The notes beneath the pieces are model-generated. The model saw only the letters and a program-made list of their open reading frames with translations, did not search any database and was not told where the DNA came from. From NCBI GenBank assembly GCA_965201075.1, contig CBDAVP010000014.1, positions 1-64,000 on the forward strand: a stretch of DNA of 64,000 nt, given 5' to 3'. This DNA is from Isosphaeraceae bacterium. Its GTDB lineage: Bacteria; Planctomycetota; Planctomycetia; Isosphaerales; Isosphaeraceae. Of this stretch, positions 38,901 through 49,088 are shown in pieces. Position 1 is the stretch's first letter, and every line of letters starts with the position of its first letter. The position numbers and the translations under genes are program-made.

Positions 38901-41900
38901 GATCATGGCCCTGGCCCCCGGCTCGGTGACCGTCAACGGCCACGGAGCAGTCGGTGGCGAGGGCCACAACCACGGCGTCGTGGTGTCGAACGCCACGATT
39001 GGCAGCCCGTCGGGCCCCCTGACGGTCAACGGGTTCGGCGGCGGCGGAGACACCAGCTACGGCGTGGACGTCTCCGACAACGCGGAAATCTCGGCCTCCT
39101 CGGGCGTCACGGTCGTGGTCAACGGCACCGGCGGCACCGGGGCCAACCAGGAGAACGGCGTCACCGTCGAGAGCGGTGGATCGATTTATTCGGTCTCGGT
39201 CGACCTGACGGTCAACGGGTTCGGCGGCGGCAGTTCCGCCACCAGCGGGGCGGATAGCCACGGCGTCTCCCTGTACACCGGCGGGATCATCCAGGCCTAC
39301 GACGGCGCTGCGGTCCACGTCAACGGCACCGGCGGCCGGGGCCAGGCCAATGAGGCCGGCATCGACGTCGAGGGGGCGGGATCGAAGATCACCTCCGACG
39401 GCGGCGACGTGTCCGTGGTCGGCATCGGGGGCACCACCACGGCCACCAGCGAGAGCGGCAACCACGTCGGCGTCTACGTCGGCACCGGCGGGACGATCAC
39501 CGGGGGCGGCGAGGCGACGGTCCGTGTCACCGGCACCGGCGGCACCGGCGGCGACCGCAACGCCGGGATCAACGTGGCCAGCGGGGGGACGATCACCGCG
39601 ACCGAAGGCCCGGTGATCGTCCTGGGCACCGGCGGCGAGGGGGCCGACCAGGAGATCGGCGTGATCGTCTCGGGGACGATCACCTCCGGCGGCGGCGACG
39701 TCGGCGTTACCGGCCACGGCCACGGCATGCCGGACGACGGCAGCTACGAGAACTACGGCGTCGAGGTCGACAACGGCACGATCACCGCCGGGGGCTCGGG
39801 CACGGTCACGGTCGTCGGCACCGGCGGCACCGGCGGCGATTACGACTACGGCGTCTACCTGCACGACGTCGCGACGATCACCTCGTCCGGGGGGACCGTC
39901 GTGGTCCGGGGGATCGGCGGCGGGACAGCCGCCGGCGGGTACGAGGACTACGGGATCTACCTCGACGGCTCGACGATCACCGCCGGGGGCTCCGGCGACG
40001 TCAACGTCGACGGCCAGGGGGGCACGTCGGTCGAATACGCCATCGGCGTCGACATGGAGGACGGGGCGACCATCACCTCCGGCGGCGGCAACGTCCTGGT
40101 CATCGGCGTGGGCGGCGGCCTCGCCGACGGCTCGTCTTACTACGACTACGGGGTCGACCTCGACGAGTCCACGATCACCGCGGGCGGCTCGGGGACGGTC
40201 ACCGTCGAGGGCATCGGCGGCCTGGGCTATTACGAGGAGTATGGCGTCTACATCGACGACTCGTCGACCATCGCCTCCGGGGGCTCGGGGGCCGTCAAAG
40301 TCGACGGCCAGGGGGGCCGGGGGGGTCAGGTGGGCACGTCGGGCGAATATGCCATCGGCGTCTACATCGACGACGACTCGAAGATCACCTCCGGCGGCGG
40401 CGACGTACTGGTCGTCGGCACCGGCGGCGGCCTCGCCGACGGCTCCTCCTACTACGACTACGGGGTCTACCTCGACGAGTCCACGATCACCGCGGGCGGC
40501 TCGGGGACGGTCACCGTCAGGGGCACCGGCGGCCCGGGCTACTACGAGGAGTACGGGATCTACCTGGAGGACGGGGCGACCATCACCTCCAACAACGGTG
40601 ACGTGGTCGTCACGGGGCACGGCGGCGACTCCATCTCCACCCTTTCCGGCGGCGAATACAACACGGGAATCTACCTGTACGAATCGACGATTTCCTCGGG
40701 GGGCGGCCATTCCGTCAACGTCACCGGGATCGGCGGCAGCACGATTTCCGGGTACGCCGACGGCATCGACCTGGATGACTCGACGATCACCTCCAGTGTT
40801 GGCGAATCCGGCGGCAACGTCACGGTGGTCGGCCGAGGGTCGGTCAACGCCGCCTCTCAGGGTGGTAGCGTGGGCGTGTACGTCTATGACGGGTCGGTCA
40901 TCACGGCCGGCGGCAGCGGGACGGTCAACGTCACAGGCACCGGAGGCAACGGGGCCAGCGGACGGAACCACGGCGTGGTCGTGGAGGAGGAGGACTCGAT
41001 GATCACCTCCTCTGGGGGTGACGTCACCGTGACCGGGACTGGGGGCTCGTCGACCAACGACAATGGCCAGGATTACGGCGTCCGGGTCGACAGTGGCGGG
41101 ACGATCACCGCGGGCGGCCAGGCGACCGTCACCGTCAACGGCACCGGCGGGGCCAGCAGCGGCCAGGACCTTGGCGTTGACGTCAAGGACGATGGTTCGT
41201 CGATCACCTCCGGGGGCGGCACGGTCAACGTCAACGGCACCGGCGGCGGCGTGGTGGGCAACCACGGCTATGACGTCGGCGTGGTGGTTGAGTTCGGCGG
41301 GACCATTACCGCCGGGGGCAACGGCGCCGTCAACGTCACCGGCACCGGGGGCCGGGGCGACGGCGAGCAGACCGGCGTGGTCGTGACGTTCGACAACTCG
41401 ACGATCACCTCCGGGGGCGGCAACGTCAACGTCAATGGGTATGGCGGCGGGCGGGCCGGCGATGAAGGCTTCGACATTGGCGTGACCGTTTACCAGGGGG
41501 GCCAGATCCTCGCCGGTAACAGTGGGACGGTGTCGGTCATCGGCATCGGCGGGCCCGGCGGCGGCAACGACTACGGCGTGTATGTCTCGGGTTACAACTT
41601 CGACCCCGAAGTCGCCGGCTCGGGCATCCGACCGGCCGGAGAGGGGACGCCGACCCAGATCAGTTCCTCCGGGGGAGACGTCACGGTCAACGGCACCGGC
41701 GGCGGGTCCAACGGCGGCCAGGGGCTGGACGACGGCGTCCGCGTCGACAACAACGCGAGTATCTCCTCCAACAACGACGGCGAGGGGGACCACAACCTCA
41801 CCGTCAACGGCACCGGCGGCGCCCACGGCATCGGCAGCGATGACGGCGTCCGGGTGACCGGCCAAGGCTCGGCCATCGTCGGCAGCGGCAAGACCTTCAC

Positions 41901-44900
41901 CCTCCAGGGCACGGGCGGCGGCGAGGTCAACTCCACCGGCGACGTCGGCATCGCCATCGAGGCCGGCGGCAGCGTCGTCTGGGTCGGAGACGGCAGCGAG
42001 TCGATCGTCGGGCGGGGGGGCATCGGCAGCGGCGGCCAGAATCACGGGATCTCGATCGACGGCGAGGACTCGGTCCTCCTGTTCGTCAACGACACCGCGA
42101 CCCCCAGCGCCGTGACCGGCACGACCTTCGCCGACGACGGCACCGGCCTGACCGGTTTCGGCGTCAGCCTCACCAACGGCGGAGCGATCGCCGAGATCGA
42201 GCCGGGTCTCGAAGACCTTCACCTGTTCATGGACTCGCTCAACGTCGACATGGCCTCGGGCCTGTATTTCCTGGGCAACACGATCGACCTGGAGCTGTCT
42301 GGGGTCGGGACGATCGCCGGCAGCGTCGATTCCTCGACCTTTGACATGGAGGCCGGCGGAAAGCTGACGCTGGTGGACAAGGCCGACCTGAACCTCGGCC
42401 ACCTGGTCGTCGACAACGGCCAGGTCATCCTCGCCGCCACGCCGGCCCTGTCGCTGACCGGGCCCTCGCCCACCGTCAACGCCAACGGGGAGCTGACCCT
42501 GGGGGCCAACTCGACCCTGCCAGGCATCATCCTGGCCGGCGGGATCGTCGACGGCTCCAACCTCGCGGGGACCGCGGGGCGTTTGTCGTCGACCAACCAC
42601 TCTGGCACCATCAGCCCCGGCCTGGGCGGACCAGCGACCATCAACGTCACCCACATCCTGCTGGGCCCGACCGACACCCTGGTCATGCAACTCGGGGCCC
42701 CGTCGGTGCCCAACCAGCAGCCAATCGCTGGGGTCGACAACGACCTGATCCGCGTCCTGCCGCCCGGCGACATCCTGCCCGCGGCGCCGGTCGATTACTA
42801 CATCTACCTGGGCGGGGCGAACCTCAACGTGCAGTCCTACGGGGCGCTGCCGCTGGCTCCGGGGTCGGTCTACACGCTGATTTCCAACCCCAACAATTAC
42901 CCGGTCGTCGGCACCTTCAACGGCCTGCCCGAAGGGGCCACGGTGCTGGTCGGCAGCGTGGCCTTCCAGATCAGCTACCACGGCGGTTCGGATAACAACG
43001 GCGACGTGATCCTGTACAACACCGCCGCCACCACGACGACGGTGACCAGCCTCACGGGCCCCACGACGTATGGCCAGCCCGCGACGATCGTCGCCCAGGT
43101 TCAGGGGGTCGGCACCAGCTTCAAGCCCCAGGGCATCGTCCAGTTCCGGCTGGGCGACGGGACCATCCTTGGCTCGTCGGTGGTGGACGCCTCGGGTCGG
43201 GCGGTCTTGACGACGAACCTGATCCCGGCCTCGGACGACATCACGGGGACCCCGGTTTACGCCGACTTCCTCGGCTACGCGGGCTTCGGCGACAGCGAGG
43301 GGACGCTCCAGCAGCACGTCAACGCGGCCACGGTCGACCTGGAAGTCACCCCGTCGGTCGACTCCCCGGTTTATGGCCAGAGCGAGACCTACCACATCGC
43401 CGTCACGCCTCGGTACCTCGGCACTCCGACCTTCGGGTCGGTCGTGGTCAGGGAGGGCGAAACGGTCCTGGGCAAGGTTGACGTGGTCAATGGGATCGCC
43501 AGGTTCTCGACGGCGAGCCTGCCGGCTGGGACGCACAACCTCACCTTCTCGTTCGCCGGCACCAGTTTCCAGCCCGCGAGCACGCCGGTGACGACGACCG
43601 TCACCCCGGCCAGCACCTTCACCTTGATCAACTACGACCCGACGACGCTGAACTTCGGCACGCCGGTCACGTTCACGATGCAGGTCCTGGCCGCGTCGCC
43701 GTCGGGGGCTACCCCGGTGGGCACGGTGCAACTCTTCGATGGATCGACCGCCCTGGGAGGCCCTCTGGCGCTGGTCAATGGCTCGGCCTCGCTGTCGGGC
43801 GTCATCCTGGTCCCGGGCAGCGTCCACAACCTGCGAGCCGTGTATACGCCGACCGGCTCTCCCGTCAACTTCAATGGGTCGTCGGCCTCGACCTCGGTGG
43901 CCGAGAACCGCATCGTCCCGATCGACTCGGCCATCTTCCCGACGTCGACGACGATGACCGCCGGTCAAGTTCAGCCCATCGATGCCTGGTTCACCGGGCC
44001 CTACGGCGTCTCCCCGACCGGACTGGCCCAGCTTTACGTCGACGGCTACGTCTACAACCAGGCCATGTTGACGCCCAGGACCGCGGGGGCGTCCCAGGTG
44101 ATCTTCGATGTCCAGGGGCTGCCCGTCGGAGCCCACACCCTGACGGTTGTTTATCAGGGGGACCAGAATTACCTGCCGTTGGCCTCGCAGAACTCGACCG
44201 TCACGGTGGTCGCGTCGCCCACGCAGGTTGTCGGTTCGTCGTCGGTGGCCACCCCGGCCGCGTATCAACCGGTCTCGCTCACGGCGGTGGTGACCGTGGC
44301 CACCGGGCTGAACCCCGACGGCCAGGTGGTCTTCACCGACATGACCGACCCGGCCAACCCGGTCATCCTCGGTCGGGCGCCGGTGTACAACGGCAAGGCG
44401 GTGCTGGATCAAGTGACCTTCCCGGTCGTCGGCCAGCACCAGGTGGCGTTGCAGTACGTGCCGGGCAGTGCCCAGGTGGCCGGATCGACCGGCCGCCTGC
44501 CGCTGACGATCATCCCCACGCCGACGACGGTGACGTTCTCGGTCTCGCCGACGATGCCCGTCCCCGTGGGGACCCCGATCACCATGACCGCCCACGTCGC
44601 GGCGGCTTACGGGCCGACGCCGACGGGGACCATCACGTTCTACTCGGGCTCGACGCCGATAGGCACGGTCCCGCTCGACTTCATGGGCAACGCGTCGTTG
44701 ACCACGGTCGCCGGGCAGGTCGGACCCGACTCGCTGACGGCTTCGTACAACGGGGGCTCGGGCTCGGCCTCGGCCGCCGCGACCTCGGTGGTGGTGCCGG
44801 TGGTGGTCAACCCGGCGGTGGCGGGGCCGGTAGTCACGGGGCTGTCCCGCTACGGCTTCCACAACCAGCCAACCTCGCTGGTGGTCAGCTTCAGCGGGCC

Positions 44901-45363
44901 GCTCGATCCGGGCTCGGCCCAGAACCTGGCGAACTACGTGGTTGTCGGACCCGTCGCCCGGAACGGACGGGGGGGCCAGCGGATCGCCATCGCCTCGGCC
45001 GTCTACAACGCCACCAACCACACCGTCATTTTGACGCCAGCCCAGAAGCTGAATGTCCACCTGCTGTATACTCTGACGATCAACGGGACCTCGCCCAACG
45101 GCCTGAAAGATCCGGTTGGCGACTACTTGAACGCGTCCGGGGGCAGCCAGGTGGGGAGCAACTACTCGGTCACGTTCGGCATGGCGAGCCTGGCGGGCTC
45201 GGCCAGCACCCTCACCGCGTACACCGCGGTGACCCCGATCGTCACTCCGGTGACCCACCAGACGGCGGCCCAGGCGAGAGCCGCCCTGGCCCATGCTCGG
45301 GCGGTCGACCATCTCCTCGCCATGCGGGCGATCAAGGTCAACGCCCGTCGAGTGTCTCACTGA
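35950..45363 (+). CDS. Giant Gly-rich repeat surface protein with C-terminal Ig-like domains
   Basis: N-term MERLEARKLPA motif; dozens of VTVxGTGG...GVxV...ITxGG repeats; GTFNGLPEG segment; ~6 Ig-like repeats; C-term GPVVTGLSRYGFH domain. Confidence 0.9.
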   Translation: MNSDELKSGGGRRDAGRRARRAKTLLRMERLEARKLPASVITIATGGSNSIPAGASDFSDSGTYTIDPSALTGAGTAISLKATTSITFTNAATSVPVDFTATSHGKLVVNADISTATGKNLTLVGDNSSTTGSVHQNGVTVTSATVTAGGNLSVTGAGYTNSNSVGTYAGVFLTGGVLTTSGTGTVGVTGSMTTVGYGFNVGVDVSDATSSINSGGGNVTVTGTSKGTGSDNGYDIGVNVNDGTISAGGSGTVTVTGTGGNGGFINNQGVLLQGTGQVKSSGGNVAVTGTGGGSATSSQGIGVSVLSGTVITAGGSGTVTVQGTGSNGSGNDDGVYVVGTITSGGGNVSVTGQGGGANSTNAIEVGVLVNNGTIGATGSGGTTVMGTGGHGGYGYNDGVRVSGGVISSLNGPVTVTGQGGGRTGDGGFDQGVHLLFSGQITSGGSGSVTVAGTGGAFGGAGNVGVELEGYTSYSSGSGSGSGSGSGSGSGSGSGSSSSAIVVAPADLIPIYTEISANGGDISVTGTGGGLGSSNTSVRNYGVDLNNGGLITPLGSTVGAVSVTGTGGVGKGGLSVGVHLTDADTAIRSNSGALTVNGHGGGQSNDGGGDDGVDVLASAGINTTSGTLSVTGTGGTGSAHNVGVLVQGSGSGSGSGSIVPSLGVFDSSIVSFSGDITVNGTGGGALLQTGVGNHGVSVTEGGVIGGMTTNAVTVNGTGGPNGQGSGYGVDVESAGIGTTDGDLSVIGHGGGPSSVSGNGYTNGYGVFVGGGGFVGTQGLGDTLVQGFGGGGVSGADGVVADGFGTILGSSGGNLRVEGTGGGINGGTGGNHGVVVSGGALMGTNDDGTTTVVGLGGQGNGGSFGVDVNGGVITSGGLGEVLVAGSGGAGTGGAGVEVEGGGGITGGPNAPVMVVGDSNTVIGLLLNGATQEPPTRVTGSAIGVVVKGSASGITSGGGNITVDGTGVGSTGDSGGDYGVFVGEGAGIMALAPGSVTVNGHGAVGGEGHNHGVVVSNATIGSPSGPLTVNGFGGGGDTSYGVDVSDNAEISASSGVTVVVNGTGGTGANQENGVTVESGGSIYSVSVDLTVNGFGGGSSATSGADSHGVSLYTGGIIQAYDGAAVHVNGTGGRGQANEAGIDVEGAGSKITSDGGDVSVVGIGGTTTATSESGNHVGVYVGTGGTITGGGEATVRVTGTGGTGGDRNAGINVASGGTITATEGPVIVLGTGGEGADQEIGVIVSGTITSGGGDVGVTGHGHGMPDDGSYENYGVEVDNGTITAGGSGTVTVVGTGGTGGDYDYGVYLHDVATITSSGGTVVVRGIGGGTAAGGYEDYGIYLDGSTITAGGSGDVNVDGQGGTSVEYAIGVDMEDGATITSGGGNVLVIGVGGGLADGSSYYDYGVDLDESTITAGGSGTVTVEGIGGLGYYEEYGVYIDDSSTIASGGSGAVKVDGQGGRGGQVGTSGEYAIGVYIDDDSKITSGGGDVLVVGTGGGLADGSSYYDYGVYLDESTITAGGSGTVTVRGTGGPGYYEEYGIYLEDGATITSNNGDVVVTGHGGDSISTLSGGEYNTGIYLYESTISSGGGHSVNVTGIGGSTISGYADGIDLDDSTITSSVGESGGNVTVVGRGSVNAASQGGSVGVYVYDGSVITAGGSGTVNVTGTGGNGASGRNHGVVVEEEDSMITSSGGDVTVTGTGGSSTNDNGQDYGVRVDSGGTITAGGQATVTVNGTGGASSGQDLGVDVKDDGSSITSGGGTVNVNGTGGGVVGNHGYDVGVVVEFGGTITAGGNGAVNVTGTGGRGDGEQTGVVVTFDNSTITSGGGNVNVNGYGGGRAGDEGFDIGVTVYQGGQILAGNSGTVSVIGIGGPGGGNDYGVYVSGYNFDPEVAGSGIRPAGEGTPTQISSSGGDVTVNGTGGGSNGGQGLDDGVRVDNNASISSNNDGEGDHNLTVNGTGGAHGIGSDDGVRVTGQGSAIVGSGKTFTLQGTGGGEVNSTGDVGIAIEAGGSVVWVGDGSESIVGRGGIGSGGQNHGISIDGEDSVLLFVNDTATPSAVTGTTFADDGTGLTGFGVSLTNGGAIAEIEPGLEDLHLFMDSLNVDMASGLYFLGNTIDLELSGVGTIAGSVDSSTFDMEAGGKLTLVDKADLNLGHLVVDNGQVILAATPALSLTGPSPTVNANGELTLGANSTLPGIILAGGIVDGSNLAGTAGRLSSTNHSGTISPGLGGPATINVTHILLGPTDTLVMQLGAPSVPNQQPIAGVDNDLIRVLPPGDILPAAPVDYYIYLGGANLNVQSYGALPLAPGSVYTLISNPNNYPVVGTFNGLPEGATVLVGSVAFQISYHGGSDNNGDVILYNTAATTTTVTSLTGPTTYGQPATIVAQVQGVGTSFKPQGIVQFRLGDGTILGSSVVDASGRAVLTTNLIPASDDITGTPVYADFLGYAGFGDSEGTLQQHVNAATVDLEVTPSVDSPVYGQSETYHIAVTPRYLGTPTFGSVVVREGETVLGKVDVVNGIARFSTASLPAGTHNLTFSFAGTSFQPASTPVTTTVTPASTFTLINYDPTTLNFGTPVTFTMQVLAASPSGATPVGTVQLFDGSTALGGPLALVNGSASLSGVILVPGSVHNLRAVYTPTGSPVNFNGSSASTSVAENRIVPIDSAIFPTSTTMTAGQVQPIDAWFTGPYGVSPTGLAQLYVDGYVYNQAMLTPRTAGASQVIFDVQGLPVGAHTLTVVYQGDQNYLPLASQNSTVTVVASPTQVVGSSSVATPAAYQPVSLTAVVTVATGLNPDGQVVFTDMTDPANPVILGRAPVYNGKAVLDQVTFPVVGQHQVALQYVPGSAQVAGSTGRLPLTIIPTPTTVTFSVSPTMPVPVGTPITMTAHVAAAYGPTPTGTITFYSGSTPIGTVPLDFMGNASLTTVAGQVGPDSLTASYNGGSGSASAAATSVVVPVVVNPAVAGPVVTGLSRYGFHNQPTSLVVSFSGPLDPGSAQNLANYVVVGPVARNGRGGQRIAIASAVYNATNHTVILTPAQKLNVHLLYTLTINGTSPNGLKDPVGDYLNASGGSQVGSNYSVTFGMASLAGSASTLTAYTAVTPIVTPVTHQTAAQARAALAHARAVDHLLAMRAIKVNARRVSH

Positions 45364-45432
45364 CCCGCGGTTGCGGACGCCCAACAAGCGGGCGGAACCA
45401 ACCCCCACCCATCCCATTCCAGCAACCCAACC

Positions 45433-45471
45433 CCGGCGGCCGTCTCTTCACGAGACGGCCGCCGGTTTCTT
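45433..45471 (+). terminator. Rho-independent terminator
   Basis: CCGGCGGCCGTCTC-TTCAC-GAGACGGCCGCCGG followed by TTTCTT. Confidence 0.75.
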
Positions 45472-45777
45472 GCGCCGTTGCGGGACGGTCGCCGTGTCGG
45501 GTCCACTCGCGCGGACCGGCGATCGTCGCGTTGTTGCCGTCGCGCCTGCTGGCCCTGGTGAGTCACCAGCCTGGTCCGGACCGTCGTCGGCGGCGTGGTG
45601 GGTGTCCTGAAGTGATTCCAGACGGGCACTGGTGGCAACTTGGGGAAAGAGACACCTTGGAGATTGTAAAAGATCCTTGGGTTGTCAATTTTCCGAGATC
45701 AAAAGACATTCCTCCAACAGCGGAACGAATCATGGAGCCCCGTGATCGGCCCGTCGACCGTCTCACGAAAGCCAATC

Positions 45778-46908
45778 ATGGACGCATCCCAGCTGGAATC
45801 CCTGTTCTTCCGCCGCAGGGCCACAACCGCCGAGGAGCGGGCCGCGCGCAGCCGACAGAGCAGCGAGCGTTTTCGCCCTCCCAAGGTTGATCGGAGCCGC
45901 GCCCCGTATCATCTCGCCCTCGCGGCCGTCCTCCCCTCAAGGGCCGCGGCGATTCGCGACGCCAGCCGACTCGTTTTCCACGTCGTCGGGGACACCGGCG
46001 GAGTCAATGGCCCGGGGGCGCAGATCAATGTCGCCGACCACATGGCTCGCCAGATCCACGACGCCGAGATGCCCGACCAACCCTCGTTCCTCTACCACCT
46101 GGGCGATGTTGTCTACGACCACGGCGAGGACACCGGCTACCACGATCAGTTTTACCACGCCTACCGAGACTACCCCGCGCCGATCTTCGCGATTCCCGGC
46201 AACCATGACGGCAACGCCATCGACCCGGCCGACAGCCTTGTCCCCTTCCTCAAGCACTTCTGCGCCTCGGAGCCGACCCACCCGCCCGAGGCCGGCCACT
46301 CTCAGCGACCGACGATGACCCAGCCCAACCCCTACTGGCGGCTGGAGACTCCCCTGGCCAGCTTCGTGGGCGTGTATTCCAACGTCTCGGGCGAGTTGGA
46401 CAACACCGACCGGGGCGAGACCGAGCAGAGGGACTGGCTGACCGAGGAACTGCGCTCGGCCCCGGCCGACCGCTGCCTGATCGTGGCCGTCCACCACCCG
46501 ATCTATTCCTTCGGCAAGCACGGAGGAACCACCCGAGTCCGCGACGCCCTCGACGAGGCGGCCCGCCAGGCTGGTCGGTTCCCGGACCTCATCCTGACCG
46601 GCCACGACCACTGCTACCAGCGCTTCACCCGCAAGCAAGGCGACCGTCGGATCCCTGTCCTGGTCGTCGGAAACGGAGGCTACGCGGGCTACGACAACAT
46701 CACCCGGGTCCGGACCGACACCAAGCCCTTCCCCGACGTCAAGTTCGAAGCCTACGAGGACGAGCACCCCGGCTTCCTCCGCCTCGCCATCAAGCCCAAT
46801 GCCCTGACCGGCGAGTACTTCACCGTCCCCAAGGCCGGCAAGGAAGACCGACGGGCGAAGCTCCGGGACCGGTTCACCCTGGATCTCAAAACCCACCGCC
46901 TCACCTGA
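45778..46908 (+). CDS. Calcineurin-like metallophosphoesterase
   Basis: VGDTG; HLGDVVY; PGNHDG; VHHP; GHDHCYQR. Confidence 0.92.
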   Translation: MDASQLESLFFRRRATTAEERAARSRQSSERFRPPKVDRSRAPYHLALAAVLPSRAAAIRDASRLVFHVVGDTGGVNGPGAQINVADHMARQIHDAEMPDQPSFLYHLGDVVYDHGEDTGYHDQFYHAYRDYPAPIFAIPGNHDGNAIDPADSLVPFLKHFCASEPTHPPEAGHSQRPTMTQPNPYWRLETPLASFVGVYSNVSGELDNTDRGETEQRDWLTEELRSAPADRCLIVAVHHPIYSFGKHGGTTRVRDALDEAARQAGRFPDLILTGHDHCYQRFTRKQGDRRIPVLVVGNGGYAGYDNITRVRTDTKPFPDVKFEAYEDEHPGFLRLAIKPNALTGEYFTVPKAGKEDRRAKLRDRFTLDLKTHRLT

Positions 46909-46981
46909 GGCACGCCCCAAAGCCCGGAATCGCAATTCATCTCCAAGTCCCCCGCAACGCACGACACGCAAGGACCGCACC

Positions 46982-47910
46982 ATGAAGGCGAGCCTGACCA
47001 AAACCGGGCTGACCCTCCGGGTCATCGCCGGGACCCATAGCGCCATACTTGGAATTGACCTCCAGGAGAACAAGAGAGCCGGCTGCCTCGGCTTCTCGAT
47101 CCACAGGACCGACGTCGGCCCCGCCGAAAAACCCTGGGCCGGCGCCAAGCGTCCCGCTCGCTGGCTGCCCAACAGGCTCCGCTTCCCCAGCGACGCCAGC
47201 GACCCGGCGACCCACCCCATCACCACCGAACAGTCCCCCTTGCAAAAGTTCCGCTGGGGCGACTATACCCTCAGTCCCGCCCACGTTTACCGATTCAAGG
47301 TCATCCCTCGGTACGGCGAGCCCGACGCCCTCACCACGCACCAGGGGCTCGCCGAGGGTGTCGAGGTCGAAGTCACCACCGAGGACCCCGAGTCCCCGGA
47401 GACGGCCGTCTTCTTCAACCACGCCGCGGCGGCCAGCCACGCCTTCGAGCAGAAATTTCCCCACATCCAGGATCTCGACGGCCCCGGCGATGACGCGAAA
47501 AAGGCTCGCGAATGGCTCTCCAACGGCCTGGAGGAAACCCTACTCGCCTATCTCGCCAAGGCGAAGGCCCCGAGCTTCGCCCTCCACGCCGCCGTCTACG
47601 AATTTCAGAAACCCGAACTCCTCAAGGGCCTGAAGGACGCCATTCGTCGTGGGGTTGAGGTCCAGGTCGTCGTCCACCACCGCCGAGGTCAACGACTCCA
47701 ACAGCCTGATCCTCCGGGGCCACACCGCCGTCGCCGACATCTGCACCACCGAGTTCATGAGGATGTTCGAGCACTACCACTTCCGCGCCTCCGAAGCGGC
47801 CAGGTCGGGACAGCCCCTGAGCCTGGATGAGACCGACCGCTGGTTGGACAAGTACTACGTCCACGGCAGCCGCGAGGAGCGGGACCGAAGAACCTTCGCC
47901 GGAACCCTCC
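46982..47910 (+). pseudogene. Phospholipase D-like gene with internal deletion and frameshift
   Basis: N-term CLGFSIHR...FRWGDY...AVYEF joins at ~47680, in another frame, to the C-term NDSNSLILRG...EFMRMFEHYHFR...WLDKYY; no HKD motif; end approximate. Confidence 0.75.
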
Positions 47911-48078
47911 AAAACGACCCGACTGTTTTCTCTTCCCAAGTTTGCCCGTTCGATCTCCAGAGTCCCAGTTCACTCGAAATCCCCCGGAACTCGAAGGACG
48001 TCCGCCGGGCGACTGATGGATCGGGGTCGCCCCCTGGAGGAATAAGGCCGATCCGAAAACCCATCCAGGGACTGATTC

Positions 48079-48813
48079 ATGAGCCTTTCTTACGGTTACG
48101 TCAAGGCCAAGGTCGCCGCGCTCCCTCACCTGAAGGGCAGCCGCCATCGTCACGAGACCCAGTACCACCTTCACGTCGCCCTCGACGTGGCGACGTCCGA
48201 CGGCGGAGGGGCCACGAAACGCTGGGACTCGGCGATCAACGTCGGTACCGACGACTCCGACGACCTGCTTCGGTACAAGCTCGTGTACGATTTCCACCAC
48301 TCGTTGGCGGGCCAGCTCGCCGCGGCCCCCCCCGGCTCGCGGGATCTGACCGGGACGCGGGACCTCCCGGCGCTCGACTTCCTGCGCAGCGATTTGCTGG
48401 CCGAGACCAGCCCCTGGCGAGACAGCGACGTGATGGACGGGACCGTCGAGGTCGAGCCGGTCGCCTCGCTGATGAAGCTCCTATCCCAGGCCCGCCAGCA
48501 GCACCTGGACGTCTATCTCTTCGGCCGCTTCTACAAAACGGGCGGGCCCGGAATCCACGACATCCACATGAATCAAGGGTCCCGGGGCTCGTTCCTGAAC
48601 AACGGAGCGGACGACCACAACGATCATAACGACACCTGGCAGGACGGGGCGGTGCTCGTCGACCTTGGCCAGGGTCAATGGGCCGGCTACTTCACCGCCT
48701 TCACGCAGCAAGCCGTCCCCACCGACGATCTCGGCAACCCCACGGCCGAAAGCCACCCCGTTGAGGACTCCGACACCGGCTCAATGGCTCCTCTGGCCGC
48801 CGCTCCGGCGTGA
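48079..48813 (+). CDS. DUF2278/YukJ family protein
   Basis: YGYVK; AINV; ALDFLRS; GIHDIHMNQG; WQDGAV; AFTQQ. Confidence 0.88.
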   Translation: MSLSYGYVKAKVAALPHLKGSRHRHETQYHLHVALDVATSDGGGATKRWDSAINVGTDDSDDLLRYKLVYDFHHSLAGQLAAAPPGSRDLTGTRDLPALDFLRSDLLAETSPWRDSDVMDGTVEVEPVASLMKLLSQARQQHLDVYLFGRFYKTGGPGIHDIHMNQGSRGSFLNNGADDHNDHNDTWQDGAVLVDLGQGQWAGYFTAFTQQAVPTDDLGNPTAESHPVEDSDTGSMAPLAAAPA

Positions 48814-49088
48814 TCCCCCCGAAGCCGGTTTCCTCCATCGGGTTCGACGAACGGGATCGCTTCGCGAGTCGCTCTGGGTCGGGGTCGGGGCGATGCAAAG
48901 TGATTCGCGAGGGACGCAGGGGAACCGTCGGGCGCCTCCTCTCCGCTGGCGGGGCGGGCGGGGCGGGGATAGCATCGGGGCTCCGACGGCCACAATCCGG
49001 ACGAGAGGTGCCGCTTCGCCCGGCCCAGGTCTCGACTGGGCACCGAGCCTGGACGGCGTCCCTCCCCGCCATTCAGGAGCGCGAAGCG

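Noticed and set aside
36520..45417. 2965-aa antisense ORF, plus other long shadow ORFs (6313..8400, 54968..57616, 32765..34231, 16694..18106)
   Set aside because: Antisense or alternative frames of well-supported GC-rich genes; low-complexity R/G/V/D translations with no motifs
47649..48629. 326-aa ORF as an independent gene
   Set aside because: Its first ~85 codons are the shifted PLD C-terminus and the rest overlaps DUF2278 out of frame
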